A DNA stretch of 64,000 nt from Eledone cirrhosa (GCA_964016885.1 OZ024747.1:3720001-3784000); one strand, 5' to 3'. Numbered from the stretch's first letter, positions 1 to 13,062 are shown. Translations and numbers: made by a program. The notes: a model not told the origin generated them from the sequence alone.

Positions 1-39
<39 letters not shown>

Positions 40-665
40 ATATATATATACATGTATAGATGCATACACTCACATACATCACACTAATAGTCATACAAAT
101 GCACATAAACACATATACTAAAATACACTCACACATTTATATGCATATACATGGACATACATACAGACTCATACAGACATATACATATATACACACAACA
201 TATATACTGATATATACACACATATATACACACATATACACAGATATACACAGATATAGCGTGAAACAATGGTATTCCCAACGGACAGAGTCTGAGAAAT
301 GGTGAGTGATAAAGAAGGGAAACATTCTTCAAGACATTTTATATTCATTTTAGACCTTATTCCAATATGTCAGTGTGTGCATGTGAGAGTTTGTGTGTGT
401 ATGGGTGTGTGTGTGTGTGTGAGTGCGTGTAGGTGAGAGTTTGTGTGTGGCTGTGTGTGTGTTTGTATGTGAGAGTGTGTGTGGGTGTGTGTTTGTGTGT
501 GTGTGTTTGTATGTGAGAGTTTGTGTGTGTGTGTGTGTGTGGGAGTGTGTTTGTATGTGAGAGTTTGTGCATGTGTGTGTGTGGGAGTGTGTTTGTATGT
601 GAGAGTTTGTGCGTGTGTGTGTGTATGAGAGTTTGTGTGTATCTGTGTGTGAATGCATGTGTGAT
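1..665. repeat. (CA)n/(TA)n and GT-rich compound microsatellite with GTTTGTATGTGAGAG subunits
   Basis: Direct reading. The overlapping His/Thr-rich ORFs are repeat translations. Confidence 0.95.
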
Positions 666-759
666 GTTTAAGATGTACAAAAGACAACAATTTGGTTGAA
701 TTGTGAGACAGAATTAAGGAACTAGGGGGCAGGGGTGATGGGTATAATCAAGTAGAAAG

Positions 760-1150
760 GGTGGGGGTGGTGTTGGTGGTAGGGGTGGTGTTTGTGGTGG
801 TGGTGGTTGCCTTGGCAGCCATGATGGAGCTGGTTTTGGTTAGGATGGTGTTGGTGGTGTTGTTGGTGTTTGTAATTTTCTGCTGGTAGTGGTGTCAGTG
901 GTATAATGCTAATGTAGTGGTGGTAATGGTGGTGGTGGTTTTGTTGATGATGATGTTGGTTATGGTGATGGTGGTTGTGATGATGATGGTTGTTATGGTG
1001 ATGATATCATAGTGGTGCTGGTGGTGATGTTATAGTGGTGATAGTGTTGATGATGATGATGTTGTGGTGATGGTGTTGATGATGATGATGTTGTGGTGGG
1101 ATTGAAGGATGAGAAAAAGATGGAAATGTGTTGTTCTTGTTGTTGCAGTA
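760..1150. repeat. Degenerate (GGT)/(GAT)/(GTT)n low-complexity tract
   Basis: Direct reading. Confidence 0.9.
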
Positions 1151-1750
1151 GTAGTTTAACCATGATGTCAGACTTGATCAAGTGGACCAATGATCAAAGG
1201 TGATAATGCCATGACCAGCCCAATGTTTTTTTTCTTTCCCTAAACACAGTGTATCTTGTACTACATTATCTGTTCTGTTTATCTTTTATGTTTTTTTATA
1301 ATGATAGGGTGTGATTTGTGTGGCTTTCTTACAAACTAACTGAGAAGATGGGGTGGGCTATCTTGTAAAAAAAATATATTCCCAAAGGAAGGTCATGGGG
1401 AAAAAAACCTTTGAAAATTCCATGCCAAGCACGCAGAACTTGTCAAGAAAACCACCAGGGGTTATTCATAACCTCATAGCAGAGAAAGAAAAAAGGGTTG
1501 GATTCGAGAGAGCTTTAACTGTTGTTTTTAAAAGGTCTAGCAGCCATAGAAAGGCTCTATTGTCAGCTTATGAGTCACTATGTTTAAAGAAGTAGAAGCC
1601 ATGGACATCAACATCTTTATTTTCCTCAGGCATAGAGTATCTTGTTGTACATTGTATAATATGTTCTTCTTTTACTTCAGATGGTAGGATATGATTTGCA
1701 AGAGATTTGACTGTTATTTCTAGCAGATTCAGTAACTGTAGAGAGCATGA
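1150..1750. mobile_element. Fragments of an old dispersed repeat family, probably SINE/LINE tail-derived
   Basis: Motifs GTTTAACC..GATCAA..GACC(A/T)ATGATCAAA and GATAGGGTGTGATTTG..CTGTTATTTCTAGCAG recur at about 2375-2500 and 62730-62930. Confidence 0.5.
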
Positions 1751-1754
1751 ATCA

Positions 1755-1998
1755 GCATCTTCTGTTGAAAAGGCCCACATGTATGAGAAGTTAAAAGTTC
1801 ATAGGCTAACCAAGATACTCTCATGGAATGACTAAATGAGGTTCATATTTCAACATAGTCACTGGAAAGAAACATTGCAGTTATTAATAAGAGTTGAAAT
1901 TAAGGCATGCAAATTTCACAGCTCTAGCATCACTCCTTCATAGTCAGCCTATGAATTTTTAACTTCTCGTACATGTGGGCCTTTACAACAGAAGATGC
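1755..1998. mobile_element. MITE with ~56-bp inverted arms, Tc1/mariner-like
   Basis: 1755-1810 is the near-perfect reverse complement of 1943-1998. The internal TATTTCAACATAGTC resembles mariner 5' sequence. Confidence 0.75.
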
Positions 1999-2107
1999 GA
2001 AACCTTGTATTATATTTTACATCTGAAAAATTTGAAATGGTCTGAGAGCTTCAATGGCTCAATTGTATAACCCTGGTATAAAGATTCCATAGTTAGCCTG
2101 TGTTGTG

Positions 2108-2355
2108 AAGGTGTGTGGCTTAGTGGGTAGAGATTTGGATTTGCAATTGTGAGGTTGTAAGTTCGATTCCCAGACCAAGCAATGTGTTATGTCCTTGAAC
2201 AAGACACTTTATTTCATATTGCTCTTTCTGCCAGGAGTTGTGGCCAGTAGATGCTATCAACAATTGGAAAGACCAGTGGAGACATTGTTTCCTTGGTCAG
2301 ATCTGACCAGTTCCACTTGACTCTGTAAGCAAATCAGGTCTGAGATTTTGATGAT
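2108..2355 (+). mobile_element. tRNA-derived SINE with CORE-like domain, tail type B
   Basis: A box TGGCTTAGTGG, B box GTTCGATTCC, and GTCCTTGAACAAGACACTTTATTTCA. The 3' part is shared with the copy at 50495-50730. Confidence 0.8.
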
Positions 2356-2551
2356 TATTTTCATCACTGTTATTGTTATTTAACCCTAGGCTCACTTTAC
2401 TCAAAGAGACCTATGATCAAATGTTAAAGCAATCACTCACCATTTTTTTCATCTAGATATAGTGTATCTTGTTTACATTTATTTAAGATGGTAGGCAGTA
2501 ATATGAATATATGTAGCAGACAAAAGTGGGTGCTATTCAATGGAGGACATT

Positions 2552-3013
2552 AAAAACTAAACTCGCTGTCTTCAATTTGATATCAATGCCAATCCTTACT
2601 TATGGTCACTTGGGTAATGACCAAAAGAATACAATCCCAGAGTCAAACAGCCAAAATGAGGTTCCTTTGAAGAGTTTTTGGAGTAACATTACTCAATAGA
2701 GTGCATAGCTTAGGGATCAGAGTGTTGCTGAAGGTAGAGCTGCTACTTCTATATATTGAGAGGTCACAGCTCCAATATTATGGGTATGGGGTTAGAATGT
2801 GTCAGCAAAGAATTGCTGGACAGATTTTATCGGCAAAACCAACCAACAGGAGACCCAGGGTGGTTGGATAACATCCATGAGCTTGGCTGGTCTCATTTGG
2901 GGATCCAGCCAGATCAGTTGGAGATGGTTGCTTCTGACAGGACCCACTGGAGCGAGTGTTTGAGGACTCTGCCCCCACGACCCTCTCTGGAATAAGTGGA
3001 TAAAGAAGAAGAA
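2552..3013 (+). mobile_element. RTE-clade LINE (Rex3/Expander-like) 3' fragment, decayed
   Basis: Translates with a stop and a frameshift to KTKLAVF..PILTYGH..AKMRFL*RVFGVTLLNRVHS..IERSQLQYYG..WLDNIHELGWSHLGI..LRTLPPRP. It ends in GAATAAGTGGATAAAGAAGAAG. Confidence 0.88.
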
Positions 3014-3092
3014 GGGTTCCACTTACTCTCCTTATGAAACAAGGGTCTGGTGGGAGATTCCAGTTTACCATGAAGCAGTTATATAGGGTTAC

Positions 3093-3606
3093 AGTAGTGG
3101 TGATGGTGGTGGTAGTGGTGATAGTGGTAGTGATGTTGATGGTGGCAGTAGTGATGGTGGTGTGGTGATGATGGTGGCAGTGATGGTGGCAGTGGTGGTG
3201 GCAGTAGTAGTGGCAGCATTGGTGGCAGTATTGGTGGTAGTGATGATGGTGGTGGTGATGATGGTGGCAGTAGTGGTGGCAGTAGTGGTGGCAGTGGTGG
3301 TGGTGCTGGTGATGATGGTGGCAGTAGTGGTGGTAGTGGTGATGGTGGTGGTGATGATGGTGGCAGTAGTGGTGGTAGTGGTGGTGGCAGTGGTGGTGAT
3401 GATGGTGGCAGTAGTCGTGGCAGTATTGGTGGCAGTAGTGGTGGTAGTGATGATGGTGGTGGTGGTAGTGGTGGTAGTGGTGATGGTGGTGGTATTGGTG
3501 GCAGTATTGGTGGTAGTGATGATGGTGGTGGTATTGGTGGTAGTGATGATGGTGGCAGTATTGGTGGTAGTGGAGATGGTGGCAGTATTGGTGGTAGTGG
3601 AGATGG
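3093..3606. repeat. (GGT/GAT/GCA/GTA) trinucleotide minisatellite
   Basis: Direct reading. It gives poly-His/Thr/Val pseudo-ORFs. Confidence 0.95.
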
Positions 3607-3824
3607 TTAGAGAGAAAGGAGTTACTGGATAGTTGTACAATGTCTGACATATGTCAGCTTGAGGAGGTTGAAGGTTATAAACCTTATTTTATAAACTTAT
3701 ATTGATCAGGAAAACAGAATTTATACTCTTTTTACTTGTTTTTGTACATATTTTCTTATTTATTTTGTTTCTCTGTTTTACCTTTATTGGTTAGCCAAAA
3801 GATTTCACCCATCATGTCTGATTG

Positions 3825-4670
<846 letters not shown>

Positions 4671-4788
4671 ACCATGTATGTGAATATATGTCTGTAGGGA
4701 TGTAGTTGTAGATATTTGTTTTTTTTTTGTTGTTTTTATTTGTTTTGTTATTTTGGCCGGCAGACATTAATGAAGCAAGGTGTGTGTG

Positions 4789-4838
4789 TGGGGGTGGGGT
4801 GGGGGGGTGGGGGGTGGGGGGTGGGGGGTGGGGGGGGT
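4789..4838 (+). other. G-run tract, potential G-quadruplex
   Basis: At least six G runs of 4 or more separated by single T. Confidence 0.6.
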
Positions 4839-4940
4839 GAGGATTTGACATGAGAGTCGTAGCTCAAACATCCTTATAATACTTACTGAGAATAGGCAAA
4901 TACAATCTAACTACATATAGATATATAGATATAGGCATAT

Positions 4941-4956
4941 ATACCTGTACAACTAC

Positions 4957-4990
<34 letters not shown>

Positions 4991-5002
4991 TACCTGTACA
5001 AC

Positions 5003-5044
<42 letters not shown>

Positions 5045-5054
5045 GTACAACTAC

Positions 5055-5088
<34 letters not shown>

Positions 5089-5100
5089 TACCTGTACAAC

Positions 5101-5146
<46 letters not shown>

Positions 5147-5153
5147 GTACAAC

Positions 5154-5199
<46 letters not shown>

Positions 5200-5268
5200 G
5201 TACAACTACTATATATATATATATATACCTGTACAACTACTATATATATATATATATACCTGTACAAC

Positions 5269-5312
<44 letters not shown>

Positions 5313-5319
5313 GTACAAC

Positions 5320-5365
<46 letters not shown>

Positions 5366-5487
5366 GTACAACTACTATATATATATGTATATATATAAAT
5401 ACCTGTACAACTACTATATATATATATGTATATATATATATACCTGTACAACTACTATATATATATGTATAGACACACCTGTACACA
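4941..5487. repeat. Compound minisatellite: TACCTGTACAACTAC core separated by variable (TA)n, about 12-13 copies
   Basis: Direct reading. Confidence 0.95.
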
Positions 5488-5585
5488 TATATTCGTATAC
5501 ATGTGCATGCATGTACACACACATACATTATCAACAGTATTATGTTGTTGGTGTAAGTGCGATATATATATATGTGTGTGTATGC

Positions 5586-5616
<31 letters not shown>

Positions 5617-5625
5617 TATATATAT

Positions 5626-5830
5626 CATCATTATCGTTTAAAGTCCATTTTTCCATGCTAGCATGGGTTAGACGAATTGCCCTGTTGTGAGAAATGCCAG
5701 GTCAGGTGACCAAGGTTTGCTCATACAGAACTGATTTCAGCTTAGTTTCTCCAGTTGGATGTCCTTCCTAACACCAACCACATTTACAGTGAGTACTGGG
5801 TGCTTCTTGTCATGACACCTAGACGACCAC
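5626..5830 (-). mobile_element. RTE-type 3' tail (LINE 3'UTR or SINE tail)
   Basis: (CAT)n-CGTTTAA.GTCC..TTCCATGCTAGCATGGG...GGATG.CCTTCCTAACACCAACCAC, the same as the 3'UTR at 29701-30100. Confidence 0.8.
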
Positions 5831-5893
5831 TCTGAACATATATATTTGTGTGTGTGTGTTTATGTATATATTAGATATATAAATATATAAGTG

Positions 5894-5933
<40 letters not shown>

Positions 5934-6097
5934 CATATATATATATTAAAGTCTGTGTTCCCAGCTAGTATATGTATGTGTTTTTATCTTTATCTGTGGG
6001 GTTAGAAAGAGAGAGTTAAGACCCTCTTTGGGCACAAATGACCACAGGTTGTGCATCTAGAAAGTTCTCCTTTAAGATGTTTTTGTTGAAGCTGAAT

Positions 6098-6217
6098 GAA
6101 GTGGAACAACATGAAATATAGTGTCTTGCTGATGGACAGAGCACATCACCCAGGCAGGGAATCAAACACATAACCCCACAATTGTGAGTCTGAAGCTCTA
6201 ACCTTTGAGCAACACAC
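6098..6217 (-). mobile_element. SINE tRNA head and CORE-like fragment
   Basis: Reverse-complement similarity to 15007-15140. Confidence 0.7.
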
Positions 6218-6224
6218 ATATGTA

Positions 6225-6266
<42 letters not shown>

Positions 6267-6824
6267 CAAACAAACATACATATGCATACACACACCATAC
6301 AGATATGAGAGCAAGGAAAGTGATGTTTACATTATATTGACATCTAGTAAAAGCTAGGAGTGGCAATCACTCCTAGCTTTCATCAATTTGACCACTTAAA
6401 CCATTGGATTGCTGATATTTACTTTATTGACACTTCTAACCCCCCCCCCCCACATAGCACTGGCAAATAGAAATGGAACTCTCAATCAACCATGAGAGAA
6501 CTCTGACACCATATTTACACAATGTGTGCCTATGATAGTTTACAATCATAATACTTCTGATACATATGTGTAAGGTGTGGGTATATGTATATGTAAATAT
6601 ATGTCTGTATGTATATATGTATCTAGTGTATGTATGCATATATGTGCTCTATCTGTCTTTCTGTCTGTATATATGTATATATGCAGGTATGTATGTTTGT
6701 AGATATGAATGTATGTTGTTTCTTTCTCTTGATTTTGAGTTTAATTTTCACCGGCAACCTTCCCAGTGGCAAGCTTGTAAAGAAAAAAATATTTTTGTCA
6801 TCTCTCATACAATCATTTATCCTT

Positions 6825-7600
6825 CGTATCATAAGAATATTTTACAGATTTTAAAGGTATCATAGCCATTTGTAGCTTATGGCCTAAAGAGCTTTATTCT
6901 CTCCCAACTTTAGTCATACTTTGGTCCAGGCAACTTGGTATATATTCTGTAGTTTTGATAATAATAGGAATGAAACAAAACATGTATTTTGGGTACTGGA
7001 TGTGCAAACTCCTCAATGGTCCATAGATATCTTCTCTTGTAATTTTCTTATTGCATTGGCATTGAGTTGGCAGCTGGCTTCTACAAAAGAGCAAGTTTTT
7101 AATGTGTTGTCCCAAACAACAATATAAGGCCAGTTGTGTTTTAATTTAGTAACAGTTTTTACTTTTAGATTCTATCAATATTCGTTTGAGCCATCAGTCA
7201 CAACAAATCCCTCCCCCCTATATCTACTGTAATACATTCCAGATTGTTCTGGCTATTACAGCACACCTTATAAGAAGGTAGTAATGAGAAGACATTCCTT
7301 CAAAGTTGGCAACATTATGGCTAACATCTTTGGATTTTGTTTTGCACAATCTATATTTATTGTCAACTGATGACTTTTCCCTTTTGTCCACTGTTTTTGG
7401 ATTTTTTCAAACCAACAGAGTTTCCTTAATAAATTTAGTGGCCTATTGCTCGGTTTATGCTACATACTTTCATCACCCGAAATAAATGGTAGTTTACAAG
7501 ACACATGAAACACTGTGTATTGGACAAGAGTTTCAACTGTCCATGCCTTTCTTCTTGCAACTGCTTCAAGAAATACAGATGTAGAGTTGATAGAATCAAT
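6825..7600 (-). mobile_element. Decayed RLE-type non-LTR retrotransposon (R4/NeSL-like) C-terminus: CCHC knuckle plus PD-(D/E)xK nuclease
   Basis: Minus-strand translation: NKYRLCKTKSKDVSHNVANFEGMSSHYYLLIR..IARTIWNVL, then NEY**NLKVKTVTKLKHNWPYIVVWDNTLKTCSFVEASCQLNANAIRKLQEK, then after a frameshift EDIYGPLRSLHIQYPKYMFCFIPIII, and finally DTFKICKIFL*. Confidence 0.75.
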
Positions 7601-7603
7601 AGA

Positions 7604-8108
7604 GTTTGGTACCAAATTGCTGGATCTCTGATACAAACCTGTTTATTATAAAGTGTTAATATTTATCTAAAATGCTTTCATCATAATTTTATACGAGAAA
7701 CTTATTAAGTTATGTTCCAAACACCAGCTTAATAATTGTTTCTACTTTAGGCACAAGGCCAGCAATTACCCAGTGCATTACTGGTACTTTATTTTATCGA
7801 CCCCGTAAGGATGAAAGGCAAAGTCAACCTCGGCGGGATTTGAACTCAGATCGTAAAGGGACGTAACTATGCTGGAAAGCATGGCGTCCGACCCTCTACC
7901 GATACTGCCAAACACCAGCTTAATAATGAGAGATACTTATATTACAAAATAATTTCAAACTTTTCATTATTTTCAAAATGATTTGAAAATAATAGACAGT
8001 GAATTTTATTAGGAATATGGTAAAGAAAGGAATAAGAGTAAACTTGTAGTTTAGGTATAGTTGCTGGGATCCTTGGCAATGACCATTCTTGTAATGGATT
8101 GGTATCAC
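7604..8108. mobile_element. AT-rich MITE-like element hosting a SINE insertion
   Basis: A related uninterrupted copy lies reversed at ~52709-52846 and ends in AAAGGGGTTAA (piggyBac-like TTAA end). Confidence 0.45.
7737..7909 (-). mobile_element. Near full-length tRNA-derived SINE with Deu/Nin-like domain and ~20-bp TSD
   Basis: GAGTTCAAATCC B box and GCCTTTCATCCTTACGGGGTCGATAAAATAAAGTACCAG. TSD CCAAACACCAGCTTAATAAT at 7717-7736 and 7908-7927. Confidence 0.9.
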
Positions 8109-8235
8109 CAGTATTGCTCACTAACAAAGTAAGCTATGTATATGTATGTATTCATATCTAAATATATATATATATACATTTTTCACTATATAATTGTTTC
8201 CATTTATTTTAGTTTGTCTGGTTGTCCATTTTTCT

Positions 8236-8270
<35 letters not shown>

Positions 8271-9268
8271 CCCTCTCTCTCACTCTCCATCTTTCTCATT
8301 CTTATATATACATTTTTATATGTATATATAGTGTGTATTTATGTATATACATATATATTCATACACATACACATTCATACATCACACACATTAATGTATT
8401 GACCAGCACAGACACAAACATATACAAAAATAAAGACGAGAGCAAACTGCTGGAGATCCAAATTCGTGACTAAGCTACAATTCCCAGCTGAAGACATTTT
8501 AAATTTACAACTGCATAAACAGACTCCACTCTATTTCATGGTTCAGTGGTTAGCAATAGGAAGGGCATCCAGCTGTAAAAACAATTGCTCCAATAAATAA
8601 ACCTCTCCCCACTCAATGTGTTAGCAAACATGGATAAATGAATATAAATCAGCACAAATATTCTAGACTGGCAGGTTAATGTTTGTAGGGAAAAGATGTA
8701 CTTCACAACGTCAAGTTAATCTCATTCTTACTGGAGTATGGAATAAGAAGTATACCAGTATCTTTGTAAGCTTTGTTTCTTGAAGACAATACAGAACAGT
8801 AAGTACATATCACTGAATACCTTTCACACGAAATCATAATAATCTACTCTGTTTACTTAATATTCATATTTCTAATGTAGCTACAAATATATTCCTTCAT
8901 AAACACACACATACACACACAAATATACAGATATACACACACATATACAGACACACACACACATATACAGACATACACACACATATACAGAGACACACAC
9001 ACACCATCATCATCATCATCATTTAATGTCCATTTTTCCTTGCTATCAAAGGTATATTATCCATGATCATCATCGTTATTTACATCCAGTTTCCATGTTG
9101 GTTTGGATTGCATGGGTCATTAACCCCTGAGGCAGTTCCTCTTCAGAGTTTCTGCCCTCCTTGATGGGGTCGGAGGAGCAAGTCCCACATCATACATAAG
9201 TCCTATTTCTTTAATGTTTTCTATAACTGTGTCCTTCTTGACACCAACTCCTCATATAGTGTATATAT

Positions 9269-9459
9269 AACAAAGAAGGTGTGGTTGGATACCAGATGAA
9301 CCATAACACACGAGTGTACTCAATACTTAGGGTAGTACAGTGGGTAATAGGAAAATATTTGACTCCGACAGCAGAGCTCAAGCTGTTTCGACGGCTATTT
9401 CTGGACCAAGAAATAGCCGTCAAAACGTCTTGAGCTCTGCCGTCGGAGGTCAACATTTT

Positions 9460-9463
<4 letters not shown>
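9269..9463. mobile_element. (TA)n-embedded fold-back palindromic element, copy A
   Basis: An ~80-bp leader followed by a long palindrome at 9348-9463. Homologous to 46932-47124 and 56908-57113. Confidence 0.85.
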
Positions 9464-9499
<36 letters not shown>

Positions 9500-9506
<7 letters not shown>

Positions 9507-9611
9507 ATATATGACCCCGACGGCAGAGCTCAAGCCCTTGCGACAGCTATTTCTGGACCAAGAAATAACCGTCAAAACGTCTTGAGCTCTGCCATCGGAG
9601 TCAAATATTTT

Positions 9612-9615
<4 letters not shown>
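9500..9615. mobile_element. Fold-back palindrome only, copy B
   Basis: Palindrome centred on GGACCA and flanked by (TA)n on both sides. Confidence 0.85.
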
Positions 9616-9661
<46 letters not shown>

Positions 9662-10074
9662 GATTAAATGAGAAGAAAATCTAATTCTGGGAGTATAAAT
9701 AAGATGAAAACATTTTTCTCTCTAACTTTGCTTATAAATAGATCTCCCTACTATGCTACCATAGTTTCATATGGGGAAGAATTAATATTGGAACTACCAA
9801 TAATTCAATAATCTACCATACTCTTCAGGGGAGTATAATTCTTCAAGTCTAAGAGAAATAGAACAAGATATGACATAACACAAGGAATCACGTACAACCA
9901 CCAACCACCAGGACCTGAAAGATGAAGCTGCTGGGAACACCAAAAGGGATAGAAGAGGGCTATGAAGGGGTGCCGGAATAAATGCTGTTTTATGTGGAAC
10001 AGGACGTTAAGAGCTAAAGAAAACTTTACAGGAACAATCAAATCAAAGGTTAACATGTAGACACAAACACATTG

Positions 10075-10148
10075 ATATGTATGCATATATGTATGTACGT
10101 CTGTATGTGTTTATGCAGGAATATACACACATTTAAGGATATAAGCAA

Positions 10149-10194
<46 letters not shown>

Positions 10195-10520
10195 TACACA
10201 CATATACACATATATATATATACATATACACACATATATATATATACATACACACATATACATATATACACATATATACATGCACACACATACATATACA
10301 TGCACACATATACATACACACATATATACATGTACATACACACATATATACATATATATATATACATGCACACTTATATACATATACATACATACATATA
10401 CACACACACACATATATACATATATGTATATATATATACACACCCACACATACATATACATATATGTATGTAGTTACACACACGTATACAGTGTATATAT
10501 ATATATATATATGCATGCAT
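10075..10520. repeat. (TA)/(CA)/(TACA) microsatellite field
   Basis: Direct reading. Confidence 0.95.
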
Positions 10521-10790
10521 CTGTTATTGTTTATGCATGTTTACCTAGTTTGTAATTATATAAACATAGGTGATACTTCTAGTATTAACCTGATAAACAA
10601 CACTAATGTTACAAGCCATATATATATAATCACTAATTTAATTTTCCGTTGAACCCCAATCCAATTATTTTCACATAGATTAACTTAGAAAATCTAATTT
10701 TTCAAACTGATAAAAAAAAAGGTGAAATTTCAACACAACGCAAATATTTTACTGTTTTGTCTTGTGTGTGTTTTATGCTTATGTATGTAC

Positions 10791-10811
10791 ACATGTAAAT
10801 GTTTAATATAC

Positions 10812-10864
<53 letters not shown>

Positions 10865-10894
10865 CATCTAAATGTTTAATATACACATGTATAT

Positions 10895-10937
<43 letters not shown>

Positions 10938-10969
10938 CACATGTAAATGTTTAATATACACATGTATAT

Positions 10970-11030
<61 letters not shown>

Positions 11031-11054
11031 AATGTTTAATATACACATGTATAT

Positions 11055-11093
<39 letters not shown>

Positions 11094-11133
11094 CACATGT
11101 AAATGTTTAATATACACATGTATATATACACAC

Positions 11134-11168
<35 letters not shown>

Positions 11169-11205
11169 CACATGTAAATGTTTAATATACACATGTATAC
11201 ACACA
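10791..11205. repeat. Compound minisatellite: CATGTAAATGTTTAATATACACAT core plus (CA)n(TA)n, 6 copies
   Basis: Direct reading. Confidence 0.92.
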
Positions 11206-11397
11206 CATACACATAGTTTTAACATTATTAACAACAGATTCTTGAAATTTCTGAAATCTTAAATTGGTTGTTTTCCACAGTTAAACAGTTAACCAGGCAT
11301 TTCTATAGTGTGTGTACGTGTATATATGTATGTGTCTATATACATATGTGTGTGTATATATATGTATGTGTATATATATGTGTGTATATATATATGT

Positions 11398-12297
11398 AAT
11401 AATAATGAAATTATTGTGTACAGTGCTCAGGTGCACTACAACTCGTCAAAGGTGTATGTATAGTACATAGAATAATACACAAATGTTAGGGAAGTGAATA
11501 GTGTATGAGTCATGATATACATGTGTGTATGTGTATGGAGGGGAACATTAGGTGTAGTGTTGGCGAATCTCGGGAAGCATGGAGGTTTTAAAGGATGCAG
11601 TGTCTCGACAGCTAACAACTTATGTAGGTAGTTTGTTCCATGGAGGTTTTAAAGGATGCAGTGTCTCGACAGCTAATAACTGATGCAGGTAGTTTGTTCC
11701 ATGGAGGTTTTAAAGGATGCAGTGTCTCGACAGCTAACAACTTATGTAGGTAGTTTGTTCCATGGAGGTTTTAAAGGATGCAGTGTTTCAACAGCTAATA
11801 ACTGATGCAGGTAGTTTGTTCCATGGAGGTTTTAAAGGATGCAGTGTCTCGACAGCTAACAACTTATGTAGGTAGTTTGTTCCATGGAGGTTTTAAAGGA
11901 TGCAGTGTCTCGACAGCTAACAACTTATGTAGGTAGTTTGTTCCATGGAGGTTTTAAAGGATGCAGTGTCTCGACAGCTAACAACTTATGCAGGTAGTTT
12001 GTTCTATGGAGGTTTTAAAGGATGCAGTGTCTCGACAGCTAACAACTTATGCAGGTAGTTTGTTCTATGGAGGTTTTAAAGGATGCAGTGTCTTGAGAGC
12101 TAACAACCGATGCAGGTAGTTTGTTCCATGCTTCAGCAACTCTGAGCGTGAAAAAATGTTTCCGAAAGTCATGGGAACTGTGCTGTTTTCTGACTTTGTG
12201 GGCATATCCATGTGTGTTAGACACATGGAGATCAAAAAGGTACTCAGGGATGTTGTTGGCAAGATGGTTAACAATTTTGTGGGTGTTTACCAAGTCA
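11398..12297 (-). mobile_element. CR1-like LINE 3' end (RT C-terminus plus 3'UTR)
   Basis: DLVNTHKIVNH..HGYAHKVRKQHSSHDFRKHFFTLRVAEAWNKLPASVVS..ASFK is a typical CR1-group C-terminus. The 3'UTR matches the copy at 34455-35005. Confidence 0.9.
11578..12126. repeat. 61-bp tandem repeat x9 derived from the CR1-like ORF end
   Basis: Unit CATGGAGGTTTTAAAGGATGCAGTGTCTCGACAGCTAACAACTTATGTAGGTAGTTTGTTC, period 61. Confidence 0.95.
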
Positions 12298-13062
12298 GTG
12301 TGTGTATATATATATGTGTGTGTATATATATGTATGTGTGTGTATATATGTGTGTGTGTGTACACTTCCCAACCCAACACCGCTACCATCGACACTTTTG
12401 TGAAATGTATGTGTGTGTGTATATATGTGTGTATATATGCATGCATGTGTGTGAGCATATATATATATGTGCGTGTGTGTATATGTGTATGTATATGTAT
12501 GTGTATATATGTGTATGTGTGCATATATGTGTGTATATATGTGTGTGCGTGCATATATATATATGTATGTTTATATATGTCTGTGTGTATATGTGTATGT
12601 ATATGTATGTGTATGCATGTGTATGTGTGTATATATGTATGTGTATGTATGTGTATGTGTTTATGTATATGTATATATATATACACATGTATGTGTGTAT
12701 ATATGTATGTGTGTGTATGTAATTCTTTTTCTTAATTTTATTTCCATCCTAACACCCCCCCCCCCTATCTACATCTCTATTCTCGCACAAACTATAAAAC
12801 AAAAATTCTCCATTTTAACAAGTTTTATCTCAATTATTTCTTCCTATATCTCACTCATCTCAGTTCACATCTAACTTACCCCTTCAATCTTCACGGAATA
12901 TTGCCAAGGACTACACACAATTACAATGTTACACAACCCACCATATATATATATATGTGTGTATTATCATCTTGTATTTTCTTCAATTGTTACAGTTCCT
13001 TGCGCACTAGAGCCAGCTGTATCAACCTTAAAGTACTGAAACCATGTATCTCTAGCAGTCAA

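Noticed and set aside
253-307. Possible exon ending ATG|GTGAGT
   Set aside because: No polypyrimidine acceptor and no recognisable peptide.
1568-1780. 70-aa minus-strand ORF with protein-like composition
   Set aside because: It overlaps repeat fragments and a MITE arm, and similar sequence recurs at ~1495-1560.
4941-5487. CRISPR-like repeat-spacer appearance
   Set aside because: The spacers are only (TA)n, the context is eukaryotic, and there are no cas genes.
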